The notes under the pieces: model-generated
The model's input: the letters and a program-made list of their open reading frames with translations, nothing else
Database searches by the model: none
Told to the model about the DNA's origin: nothing
Shown: piece by piece, positions 29,790 to 38,516 of the stretch
Position numbering within the stretch: the first letter of the stretch is position 1
How the letters are laid out: every line of letters begins with the position of its first letter
From: Deinococcus sp.
Lineage (GTDB): Bacteria; Deinococcota; Deinococci; Deinococcales; Deinococcaceae
Length of the DNA: 64,000 nt
Direction: 5' to 3'
Assembly: GCA_965261005.1 (NCBI GenBank)
Contig: OZ253376.1
Span: forward strand, 64,001-128,000
Made by a program: the position numbers and the translations under genes

Positions 29790-30594
29790 AAGGAGGCTTG
29801 CTCGGCGGAACGCCTCCCTGACCCTGGGCGCGCTGCTGGTGGGCCTGATCGGGGCGGCGGCCCTGCTGAGCTTGCTGTGGCTGCCCGGCGACCCCAACGC
29901 GGGGGACCTGCTGGCGCGGCTAGAGGCTCCCACGGCCGCGCACCCGCTGGGCACCGACGCCTTTGGGCGCGACCTCCTTGCCCGGGTGCTGGTCGGGGCG
30001 CGGCCCGCCCTCGGGGTGGGCCTGGTCGCGGTGGGCGTGGGGCTGGGGCTGGGCTTGCCGCTGGGGCTGCTGGCCGGCTTTTCCGGCGGGTGGCCCGACC
30101 GGCTGCTCACGCTGCTGCTCGACGCGCTGTACGTCTTTCCGACCTTGCTGCTGGTCATGCTGCTGGCAACCGCCTGGGGCGCCGGTTTGCTGCCCGCCAC
30201 GTTGGCCGTCGGTCTCAGCGCCGTGCCGGTTTTCGCGCGCCTCGCCCGCGCAGGCGCCCTGTCGGTGAGAAGCGAGCCGTACGTCGAGGCGGCCCGCGCC
30301 CTGGGCGCCGCGCCGGGCCGGGTGCTGTGGCGGCACGTCCTGCCGGGCGTCGTCTCGCCGCTGACCGTGCAGGCGAGCTTCACGCTGGGGGGGGCCATCC
30401 TGATCGAGGGGGCGCTGTCCTACCTGGGCCTGGGCCTTCAGCCACCCCAGGCCAGCTGGGGCAACATGCTGCGCGAGGCGCAAAGCTACCTGTACCTCTC
30501 GGCCTACCCGACCCTGGTTCCGGGGGCGGCCATCGCCCTCGGCGTGCTCGGCTTCAACCTGCTGGGGGACGGCTTGCGGGAGCGGAACCGCTGA
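29782..30594 (+). CDS. Dpp/Opp ABC permease (DppC-like)
   Basis: HPLGTDAFGRD, YVEAARALGA, SWGNML, FNLLGDGLRE. Confidence 0.92.
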   Translation: MARRRLARRNASLTLGALLVGLIGAAALLSLLWLPGDPNAGDLLARLEAPTAAHPLGTDAFGRDLLARVLVGARPALGVGLVAVGVGLGLGLPLGLLAGFSGGWPDRLLTLLLDALYVFPTLLLVMLLATAWGAGLLPATLAVGLSAVPVFARLARAGALSVRSEPYVEAARALGAAPGRVLWRHVLPGVVSPLTVQASFTLGGAILIEGALSYLGLGLQPPQASWGNMLREAQSYLYLSAYPTLVPGAAIALGVLGFNLLGDGLRERNR

Positions 30595-30637
30595 TTTGGC
30601 GCCGGTATTGGCAAACAAACCCCGAGAATTGCTGCGC

Positions 30638-30717
30638 TGTGCCCCCGCTCTTCGGTCGCTTGGCGCAGGGGATAGCCAGCGGCGCCGACGGCACGGCCGA
30701 ACAGCCCACGTTGCTTG
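30638..30717 (-). repeat. truncated fourth copy of the toxin C-terminal coding segment
   Basis: Matches about 34791-34870 (KQRGLFGRAVGAAGYPLRQATEERGH), then diverges. Confidence 0.85.
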
Positions 30718-30720
30718 CGA

Positions 30721-31724
30721 TCAGGAAGATGCTTCTGCTGGTTTCCCAAAGACGTTCGCCTCGTCGTCATACCAGTCGTAAGGAAAATGCTCCATGTAGT
30801 CGGAGAACTTAAGGATTATTCTTGTCATGCAGCTCAACATGTTCTCAGCCACAGAAGACAAATCTGTGCCAGGAAGGGCGAGAGATGCGGTGGAAAAGAC
30901 CAAAGTACCGGTTTCCTCAGTATATGAAGTTAAGTATCGAGATTTCTTTCGGTATTCATCCAGCTTTTCCTGAACGAAGACGTACTTTTCGTCGTCATGA
31001 AAGGTTTGTTGAAAGCCTTTGGTTCCGACGCGCAGGCGGCAGAGGTTGGACCAGCCGGGGTCGGGCACTTCCAGCATCACGGGTCCCGAGCGGACGAAGA
31101 AGACGTTCCCTTCCTTGCCGACCAATTCGGTGTCATGCTGCTTGCCAAGCCAGGCCAGCAGCGCTTGCGTCGCGTTGGGTAGTGCTGCAACAAGCCGAGA
31201 CGGAATCCCCCACCCCAAGCGGGCGGCGCTTCAACTGGCATGGCGGACAGTTGCAGGTACGTACGAGCCAACTCGACACCGCGCGCCACCATGTACAGCA
31301 CCAAGTCCACCAGCAAATCCGCGCGAACCTGCATGTGCTTGAAACAGGAGAAGCCGATGGAGAGGTCGCCTGTTTCCGGATCGAAGATGGGCCGGCACCC
31401 GGGGTTCTGGAAGGCCACGTAGTCGAGGCAACGGTAGGCGTGCGCTTTCTCCTCGACCGTCTGACAGCGCCGGATATTGAGTTCGGGAATGAGGGACCGA
31501 ACTATCAGATCGCGTGGGACACCCCAGAAGACCCTGAAGGCCATACCATGCCGCGTGAAGGAAAGGGTCTCCTGCTCCTCGTCATCCTGATACTCGATCT
31601 TCTCGTGGTCGAGCCACCACTTGAAGATGTCGCGGATGGACATCTCGTCCGTGTTCGGCACTTCGACACCACCGCGCAGGTGCGGCTTAGGTTTGGTGAC
31701 CAAGGCTTTGAGCAAGGCGAACAT
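30721..31724 (-). pseudogene. immunity-like paralogue 3, frameshifted near 31180
   Basis: ORFs 31077-31724 and 30721-31218 together align to 33478-34485; 1004 versus 1008 nt, a net 4-nt loss. Confidence 0.8.
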
Positions 31725-32056
31725 CAGCTATTGCCCTTCTTCAGAAAAGTACTTGGCGGGCGAGTTGTCCTTCAAGTCTTCGGGCACCTTGTTCCAGTCC
31801 AGGCCGTTGTCCTCCTTAAACTGCTCCTGCGTGCCTTCGAGCCACTCTTTCCAGAGGGGCTTCTCGGGTGCCGTGGTGGAGTCGGAAGCGGTATACAGCT
31901 TCTTGAGGCGGGCTTTCAGGTCGGTCTGGATGAGGGTGCTGCCACTCTCCGTAGCGCTCTCGGCGTACTTCGCGCTCAGGGTGGACAGCAGACCGTCTTC
32001 ACCCATGCCCTTGAGGAACGCGCTCAGGTTGTGCCCCCGCTCCTCGGTCGCTTGGC
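31345..32056. repeat. about 710-bp near-identical direct repeat of 34106-34817
   Basis: Constant 2761-bp offset; covers the toxin 3' end plus the 5' third of the immunity-like gene. Confidence 0.9.
31728..32056 (-). pseudogene. orphan toxin C-terminal fragment (copy 3)
   Basis: EDGLLSTLSAKYAES...AKYFSEEGQ* identical to the end of the 1307-aa ORF. Confidence 0.8.
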
Positions 32057-32114
32057 ACCGACCTTACACTCGCGTCTTCGTAGTGCCCTCGCCATACTTA
32101 CCTATCACATGACC

Positions 32115-33089
32115 TCAACCCTTAAACGGAATAGAGCGTTCATCATACTCCGCAAAACTAGTGATGACATGGGAGATGTCCGTTAGCATTTCTTCTGCAA
32201 TAGAACTCATATCAGTTCCGGGTAAAGCAAGGGCGGCGGTGGAGAAGACGAGCGTCCCCGTATCCTCGAAATACGGAATAAGTCTATTTCCGCTATACAT
32301 CAATTGATCTCTTAAATTCTGCCTGTATTGATCCAAGCCTTCTTGGATGTGTACGTACCTAGCATCATCTTGAGAAGATTGTTGGTATTCCTTGCTTCCG
32401 ACCCGCAGGCGGCAGAGGTTGGGCCAGCCAGGGTCGGGCACTTCTAGCGTCACAGGGCCAGAGCGGACGAAGGAGACGTTCCCTTCCTTGCCGACCAATT
32501 CGGTGTCGTGCTGCTTGGTCAGCCAGGCGATCAATGCTTCAGAGGTGCTGTTATAGAAGCTGCTCATGATGCTCGAACGGAAGCCACCCGACGCCGCCAG
32601 CGGTTGTTGAACGTCGTGTTCGGGCAGACCCAGGTACTGACGTGCGAGCCGTACGCCGTCCTCAACGATGAACAGCACCAAGTCTACTAACACGTCCGCC
32701 CGTGACTGCGTGTGCTTGAAACAGGAGAAGCCGATGGAGAGGTCGCCTGTTTCCGGGTCGAAGATGGGGCGGCACCCGGGGTTCTGGAAGGCTACGTAGT
32801 CGAGACAGCGGTAAGCGTGCGCTTTCTCTTCGACCGTCTGACAGCGCCGGATGTTGAGTTCGGGAACGAGGGACCAGATACGAAGCTCTTGCGGACTCCT
32901 CCAAAAGACGTTGAAACTCAAGTCGTTCTTTGCGAAGGAGAGTGTCCACGTCGCCTCGTTATCTTGATACTCGATCTTTTCGTGATTGAGCCACCACTTG
33001 AAGATGTCGCGGATGGGCATTTCGTAGGTATCTGGAACCTCCGCACCATCACGCAGATGTGGCTTACGCTTCTTGAAGAGACCGAACAC
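32115..33089 (-). CDS. immunity-like paralogue 2 (possible tandem YbjN/CesT-like domains)
   Basis: Shares RCLDYVAFQNPGCRPIFDPETGDLSIGFSCFK and EVPDPGWPNLCRLRVG with its paralogues; divergent ends. Confidence 0.75.
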   Translation of the reverse strand: MFGLFKKRKPHLRDGAEVPDTYEMPIRDIFKWWLNHEKIEYQDNEATWTLSFAKNDLSFNVFWRSPQELRIWSLVPELNIRRCQTVEEKAHAYRCLDYVAFQNPGCRPIFDPETGDLSIGFSCFKHTQSRADVLVDLVLFIVEDGVRLARQYLGLPEHDVQQPLAASGGFRSSIMSSFYNSTSEALIAWLTKQHDTELVGKEGNVSFVRSGPVTLEVPDPGWPNLCRLRVGSKEYQQSSQDDARYVHIQEGLDQYRQNLRDQLMYSGNRLIPYFEDTGTLVFSTAALALPGTDMSSIAEEMLTDISHVITSFAEYDERSIPFKG

Positions 33090-33092
33090 GGC

Positions 33093-33471
33093 CTACTGTT
33101 CCCCGGAAGTGAAGTTTTTCAGCGGCGAGTTGTCCTTCAAGTCTTCGGGCACCTTGTTCCAGTCCAGGCCGTTGTCCTCCTTAAACTGCTCCTGCGTGCC
33201 TTCGAGCCACTCTTTCCAGAGGGGCTTCTCGGGTGCCGTGGTGGAGTCGGAAGCGGTATACAGCTTCTTGAGGCGGGCTTTCAGGTCGGTCTGGATGAGG
33301 GTGCTGCCACTCTCCGTAGCGCTCTCGGCGTACTTGGCGCTCAAGGTGGACAGCAGGCCGTCTTCACGCATGCTCTTCAGGAACTCGCTCAGGTTGTGCC
33401 CCCGCTCTTCGGTCGCTTGGCGCAGGGGATAGCCGGCGGCACCAACGGCGCGGCCGAACAGCCCCCGTTGC
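33093..33471 (-). pseudogene. orphan toxin C-terminal fragment (copy 2) with an alternative tail
   Basis: 33125-33471 matches 34521-34867 (offset 1396); ends LKNFTSGEQ instead of AKYFSEEGQ; in frame with ATG 33527. Confidence 0.8.
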
Positions 33472-33477
33472 GTGAGA

Positions 33478-34485
33478 TCAGGAAGATGCTTCTGCTGGTT
33501 TCCCGAAGACGTTCGCCTCGTCGTCATACCAATCGTAAGAGAAATGTTCCATATAGTCGGAGAACTTAAGGATTATGGCAGAGATTGTAATCAACATCCA
33601 GTCGGCTATGGAAGATAAATCTGTACCGGGAAGCGCGAGTGCCGCCGTCGAAAAGACCAATGTACCGGTCTCCTCAATATATGGGATTAAGTATCCAGGC
33701 TTTGCACGGTACTCATCCAGCTTTTCCTGAACGAAGACATACTTTTCATCATCGTGAAAGGCTTGTTGAAAGCCTTTGGTTCCGACCCGCAGGCGGCAAA
33801 GGTTGGGCCAGCCGGGGTCGGGCACTTCCAGCGTCACGGGTCCCGAGCGAACGAAGGAGACGTTCCCTTCCTTCCCGACCGATTCGGTGTCGTGCTGCTT
33901 GGTCAGCCAGGCGATCAACGCTTCGGTGGTACTGGGATAGGGCCGGCTGAAGGCGCTCGCTAGAAAACCGCCGCCCATCGCCACAGGCTGCTGCACGTCC
34001 GGGGCCGGCAAGTTGAGGTACTTGCGTGCGAAATGCACGCCATTCTCGACCAGGTAGAGAACGAGGTCCACCAGCACGTCGGCGTACAGCTGCGTACCTT
34101 TGAAGCAGGAGAAGCCGATGGAGAGGTCGCCTGTTTCCGGATCGAAGATGGGCCGGCACCCGGGGTTCTGGAAGGCCACGTAGTCGAGGCAACGGTAGGC
34201 GTGCGCTTTCTCCTCGACCGTCTGACAGCGCCGGATATTGAGTTCGGGAATGAGGGACCGAACTATCAGATCGCGTGGGACACCCCAGAAGACCCTGAAG
34301 GCCATACCATGCCGCGTGAAGGAAAGGGTCTCCTGCTCCTCGTCATCCTGATACTCGATCTTCTCGTGGTCGAGCCACCACTTGAAGATGTCGCGGATGG
34401 ACATCTCGTCCGTGTTCGGCACTTCGACACCACCGCGCAGGTGCGGCTTAGGTTTGGTGACCAAGGCTTTGAGCAAGGCGAACAT
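33478..34485 (-). CDS. immunity-like protein 1, cognate to the DUF4157 protein
   Basis: Starts 3 bp after the stop of the large ORF; acidic, 335 aa; three paralogues in the array. Confidence 0.75.
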   Translation of the reverse strand: MFALLKALVTKPKPHLRGGVEVPNTDEMSIRDIFKWWLDHEKIEYQDDEEQETLSFTRHGMAFRVFWGVPRDLIVRSLIPELNIRRCQTVEEKAHAYRCLDYVAFQNPGCRPIFDPETGDLSIGFSCFKGTQLYADVLVDLVLYLVENGVHFARKYLNLPAPDVQQPVAMGGGFLASAFSRPYPSTTEALIAWLTKQHDTESVGKEGNVSFVRSGPVTLEVPDPGWPNLCRLRVGTKGFQQAFHDDEKYVFVQEKLDEYRAKPGYLIPYIEETGTLVFSTAALALPGTDLSSIADWMLITISAIILKFSDYMEHFSYDWYDDEANVFGKPAEASS

Positions 34486-34488
34486 CAG

Positions 34489-37400
34489 CTATTGCCCTTC
34501 TTCAGAAAAGTACTTGGCGGGCGAGTTGTCCTTCAAGTCTTCGGGCACCTTGTTCCAGTCCAGGCCGTTGTCCTCCTTAAACTGCTCCTGCGTGCCTTCG
34601 AGCCACTCTTTCCAGAGGGGCTTCTCGGGTGCCGTGGTGGAGTCGGAAGCGGTATACAGCTTCTTGAGGCGGGCTTTCAGGTCGGTCTGGATGAGGGTGC
34701 TGCCACTCTCCGTAGCGCTCTCGGCGTACTTCGCGCTCAGGGTGGACAGCAGGCCGTCTTCACGCATGCTCTTCAAGAACTCGCTCAGGTTGTGCCCCCG
34801 CTCCTCGGTCGCTTGGCGCAGGGGATAGCCGGCGGCGCCGACGGCACGGCCGAACAGCCCACGTTGCTTGTATTGTTCGCCCCATAGCTTTTCTCTGCCC
34901 TCGGCGCTCTCTTTTGCGATCAACTTGCCCACAGTTGTGTCCTGCATACTGCGTGAGGCATGTCTTGCTGTGTAGGTTTCGGCACGAGTGGTGAGGGCGG
35001 CGGTTCTTGTGCCCATAATTTCCTCTACGCCCTGTAAGACCGCAGGCCGCGTTCGATTTGCTGGCGTATCGTTTAAGCTTCGCTCGCGCAAAGCCCTCGC
35101 AAACGCTTTTTCCCTCTCCCTCTCGGTCTCAATCTTCAAGCGCTCTTCGACGGCCTTTTTCCAGGCGGGCGTCTCCCCAATCAATTCCTTCATCTGGGTC
35201 TGTGCCTTGCCATACGGGCCGTACGCCTTGCCCATCCCCTTGCCCAGCTCCCCCGTCTCCTTGGTCCACAGCTCGGCGAAGTGCTGCCGGGCTTGCTGCC
35301 CCACCTTCTGAAACTCCACCAGCCCCTTGGTCACGTAGCCATCCGGGTTCTGGGTAATATAGGCGTTCACCCTCTCCTGAACGGTGCGGTAGCGCGCGCT
35401 CAGCAATTTCGTCATCCGGGCTGCTTTGACCCGCTCGCCCATGCGGCTCGCCTTACTCACCACCCAGTCTTCGGCGCGGGTGCGGGCATTGTTGCTCAGG
35501 GCGCTCGCCTTGAGGCTTTGGCGCTTGGCCCAACTGTTGGCCGCCCCCATCCCGCGTCCGACGGCGTTGTTCTTCAGCTTGCTCCGCAGGGCGTTCAGCA
35601 GCGCCTTGTCCTTTTGGTTCGAGCTGCGCGCCAGCTGCTTGAGCGCTTTCACGACGTTGGTATCGCGCGCCCAGCCCTTCAAGCGACCGGGCGTGTTGCG
35701 GGCGAAGCGGCGCACGCCGCGCACGCTGCCGGCGTTCCAGACCTTGCGCGCCCCGCTGCTCAGACCGCGCCCCAACTTGCCAACCGCCGTCCGGCCCCCA
35801 CCGTAGACCCAGCGGCCCGCGCCCCTCACGCCGCTGCCCACAAAGCGCAACCCACGCCCCACAAAGCGCGCCCCGTCCTTGAGCACGCCCGGCGTGATCC
35901 TGGCCAGTCCCCGGCCGGCAAATTTGCCGCCCGCGCGCAGGGGGGCCGCCAGCAGGTAACCGCCGCCCTTGGCGACGCCGGGGATCAGCTTGACGACGCC
36001 GAGGGCGCTCTTGGCGGCGAGGTTGCCGGCGAACTTCATGACCGGGCCACCAAAGGCGCCCACCGCCGCGTCGAGGGCAATGCTGCCGGGACTGACGCCC
36101 TCGAAGGTGCTCCTGGCTTGGTAGGTGTACGTGGGGTCGTTCTTGGCTTTGTTGGCGGCGGCAGCGTTGTAGACCTTGTTGCCCACCATGGTGGCGGCCA
36201 CGCCGCCCGCCGCGCTGATGGCGCCGGCGGCGGCCAGGGCGGGCAGCGTGAGGGTGCCCGCGCTGGCCACGGTCAAGGCGCCCACGGCGACCAGCGTGAC
36301 GCCCTTCCAAAAGGCCGCCTTGCCTTCCGGGGTGGCGTACCACGCCGAGAAGCGCTTTCTTTGGGTACCGGCGAATTTCCAAGCAGACTTGGCGAGTTCG
36401 CCGGGGTGCTTCACGGCGCTCGCGATTCCTTTTCCGACCGCGAGGGCGCGCGTCTTGACAGTGTGGGCGGCCTGCTTGGCAAACCTCTTAGCCTTTCTGG
36501 CGAACTGCCGCCTCTTCTTGGCAGCGAGCTTGACAAAGCGTGCGCCGCCCTGCTTGGCGCCCCGCCACAGGCTCCGGGCGTCTCTCTTGAGGGCGCTGTA
36601 CTTGTTGGCAGCGCCCCGCTTGGCGCTGTTCCAAGCGTCCCCAACTCCCTGCTTGGCACGGCTCAGCAGGGCGGCGCCCTTGCTGGACACGCCATGCCAG
36701 TAAGACCGTGCGTGGGACACGGCCTGGCGAGCAGTCGAGCTGGCGTACTGACGAACATCGCGAGCGAGGCGGCGCGCCCCGCCGGTAATGTGCCGGCCGT
36801 ACGAGGACGCCTCCTTAAAAGCCGTCTTGGTCGCGTGCGCCGCCAGGTGGCGCGCTTTGCCCGCCAGCTGCCCGGCCTGCGCCGTCACGGCGTGGACCCC
36901 GGCCGCGAACTGCTTGGCCTTGGCATTCACCGCTTGCCTGGCCTTGACCGCTTCCTTCACGGCATTCCGACCCACCTGTGCGGCGATCCTGTGGGCCTTT
37001 TGCATAAAGGCGTCGGCCTTGTGTACGGCCTCCGCGCCGGCTTTGGCCGTCCGCTTGGCAGCGCGCTCGGTGGCCCGCACAGCTTGTTGTGCGGCGCGCC
37101 GGGCGGCTTGAGCGGCGTGCTCGGTGGATTGAACGGCCGACTTCGCCTTACCCTTGGCCCAGTTGAAGGCGCCGCCCAACGAAAAGCGCTGCACCGCCGG
37201 CTTGACGGAGGAGGGGAAGCTGCGCGCGCTCAGCTGCGTCCCGGCAGCAAGGGAGCGCTTCATGGGCTTTTGAACGCCGCTGGCAAAGCGCTTGCCCGCG
37301 TCTCGCGCCTCCTGCTCCAGCCCAGGGTCAGGGTCAATGCCCTTGCCCGTGACCTTGCCTTGCACCTGTTGATAGGTGTGCGTCACCTCGTGCGCCAACA

Positions 37401-38412
37401 GCTCTTGGCCCTCGGCACTCTCGGTGTCCAGCTTGCCTCGCTGGAAGAAGATGTCCGTTCCGACCGTCGCTGCGATGGCGTTCACCGACTTCGCAAAGCT
37501 ATGGGCGGCAGGGTCGGCATGGACTCGTACCGTTTGCAGGTGCTCACCGGGGATGTTCAGCCCCACTGCCAACCGCCGCTGCACCGCGAGAGGCAGGGGC
37601 TGACCGTTGCCGCGTGGCATGGCTTGGGAAGCAAGGGCGTCTTCCTCTGTTAGCTTCCGTTGCAAGGCGTGCAGCTCCAACGCCTTCCGGTCTTGTTCTC
37701 CGTACTGCTGATGTTCGCTTTCCGCCTCGTCAAGCGCCCGTTGCACCATGGGTCGCTCTCCGGCGGGCAAGCGTTGCAACACCACCCGCGCCACCTGTTT
37801 CCCTTGCGGCTGGCGCTGCACCAGGGCCAAGCTGCGTCCCAACTCGGCGTAACGCTGAATGGCGGGGGAAGTGTCGCTTCGGAAGCGCTGCGCCAAGTCC
37901 TGCGCGGCGCGCTGCTGAATGGTCGGCCAAGCGGACATGGAGACGAAGCCGCTGTGCTGGTCGGCCTGCCGTTGCAACGACACCGCTTCATGGGCGTAGC
38001 GCCCAGCGTGGTCGGCGTAGGAGGGCTGTGACCTGGTCGGACCGCTGAAGATGGGGGGCAAAGCCGGTACCCCAGCTTGCTCGGCCTGACGTTGCAAGGC
38101 GGACTGAAGAGCGTGAGGAGGCAAGCCCTCGCTGAGCGCTTCGATCTGGCGCTGCAAGGCCAGCTGCGATTGCTGACGTTGCAAGGCAAAGCTACGTTGC
38201 ACCTGGGCGGCTTCGAAGACCGGGGTAACGCTCGAACGCTGGGCGACGTCTGGTGTTGCGAAGAACTGCTGGTGGCGCTCAAGGGTGCGCTGTTGCAGGT
38301 CAAGCTGCATGGCCGCCTGATCCGGGATCGGCAGCGGGGGGATGTAGGCGATCTGCGGCGCTGCGGCTGCCCTTTGCTGACCTTGCGGCTTGCGCTCCTC
38401 GTAGTCGGACAT
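34489..38412 (-). CDS. DUF4157 (eCIS core domain) protein, putative polymorphic toxin
   Basis: GQPLP...VRVHAD...AATVGTDIFF...LLAHEVTHTYQQ (HExxH); QR-rich N-terminus, amphipathic and hydrophobic middle, basic region; AGGAGG RBS. Confidence 0.85.
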   Translation of the reverse strand: MSDYEERKPQGQQRAAAAPQIAYIPPLPIPDQAAMQLDLQQRTLERHQQFFATPDVAQRSSVTPVFEAAQVQRSFALQRQQSQLALQRQIEALSEGLPPHALQSALQRQAEQAGVPALPPIFSGPTRSQPSYADHAGRYAHEAVSLQRQADQHSGFVSMSAWPTIQQRAAQDLAQRFRSDTSPAIQRYAELGRSLALVQRQPQGKQVARVVLQRLPAGERPMVQRALDEAESEHQQYGEQDRKALELHALQRKLTEEDALASQAMPRGNGQPLPLAVQRRLAVGLNIPGEHLQTVRVHADPAAHSFAKSVNAIAATVGTDIFFQRGKLDTESAEGQELLAHEVTHTYQQVQGKVTGKGIDPDPGLEQEARDAGKRFASGVQKPMKRSLAAGTQLSARSFPSSVKPAVQRFSLGGAFNWAKGKAKSAVQSTEHAAQAARRAAQQAVRATERAAKRTAKAGAEAVHKADAFMQKAHRIAAQVGRNAVKEAVKARQAVNAKAKQFAAGVHAVTAQAGQLAGKARHLAAHATKTAFKEASSYGRHITGGARRLARDVRQYASSTARQAVSHARSYWHGVSSKGAALLSRAKQGVGDAWNSAKRGAANKYSALKRDARSLWRGAKQGGARFVKLAAKKRRQFARKAKRFAKQAAHTVKTRALAVGKGIASAVKHPGELAKSAWKFAGTQRKRFSAWYATPEGKAAFWKGVTLVAVGALTVASAGTLTLPALAAAGAISAAGGVAATMVGNKVYNAAAANKAKNDPTYTYQARSTFEGVSPGSIALDAAVGAFGGPVMKFAGNLAAKSALGVVKLIPGVAKGGGYLLAAPLRAGGKFAGRGLARITPGVLKDGARFVGRGLRFVGSGVRGAGRWVYGGGRTAVGKLGRGLSSGARKVWNAGSVRGVRRFARNTPGRLKGWARDTNVVKALKQLARSSNQKDKALLNALRSKLKNNAVGRGMGAANSWAKRQSLKASALSNNARTRAEDWVVSKASRMGERVKAARMTKLLSARYRTVQERVNAYITQNPDGYVTKGLVEFQKVGQQARQHFAELWTKETGELGKGMGKAYGPYGKAQTQMKELIGETPAWKKAVEERLKIETEREREKAFARALRERSLNDTPANRTRPAVLQGVEEIMGTRTAALTTRAETYTARHASRSMQDTTVGKLIAKESAEGREKLWGEQYKQRGLFGRAVGAAGYPLRQATEERGHNLSEFLKSMREDGLLSTLSAKYAESATESGSTLIQTDLKARLKKLYTASDSTTAPEKPLWKEWLEGTQEQFKEDNGLDWNKVPEDLKDNSPAKYFSEEGQ

Positions 38413-38516
38413 TAGACCCTCCTGTGATGATCCCAGCGTATATGATTCGCGCTTCTAAAGGGCATGAATTTCGCCCATGCCAACTTCACCTGACCGGTCA
38501 GTTGGTCTCTACCGCG

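Noticed and set aside
30638..34870. CRISPR array or DGR as an explanation for the repeats
   Set aside because: Repeats are hundreds of bp of coding sequence; no short repeat-spacer periodicity, no cas or reverse transcriptase gene, and no adenine-specific variation pattern noticed.
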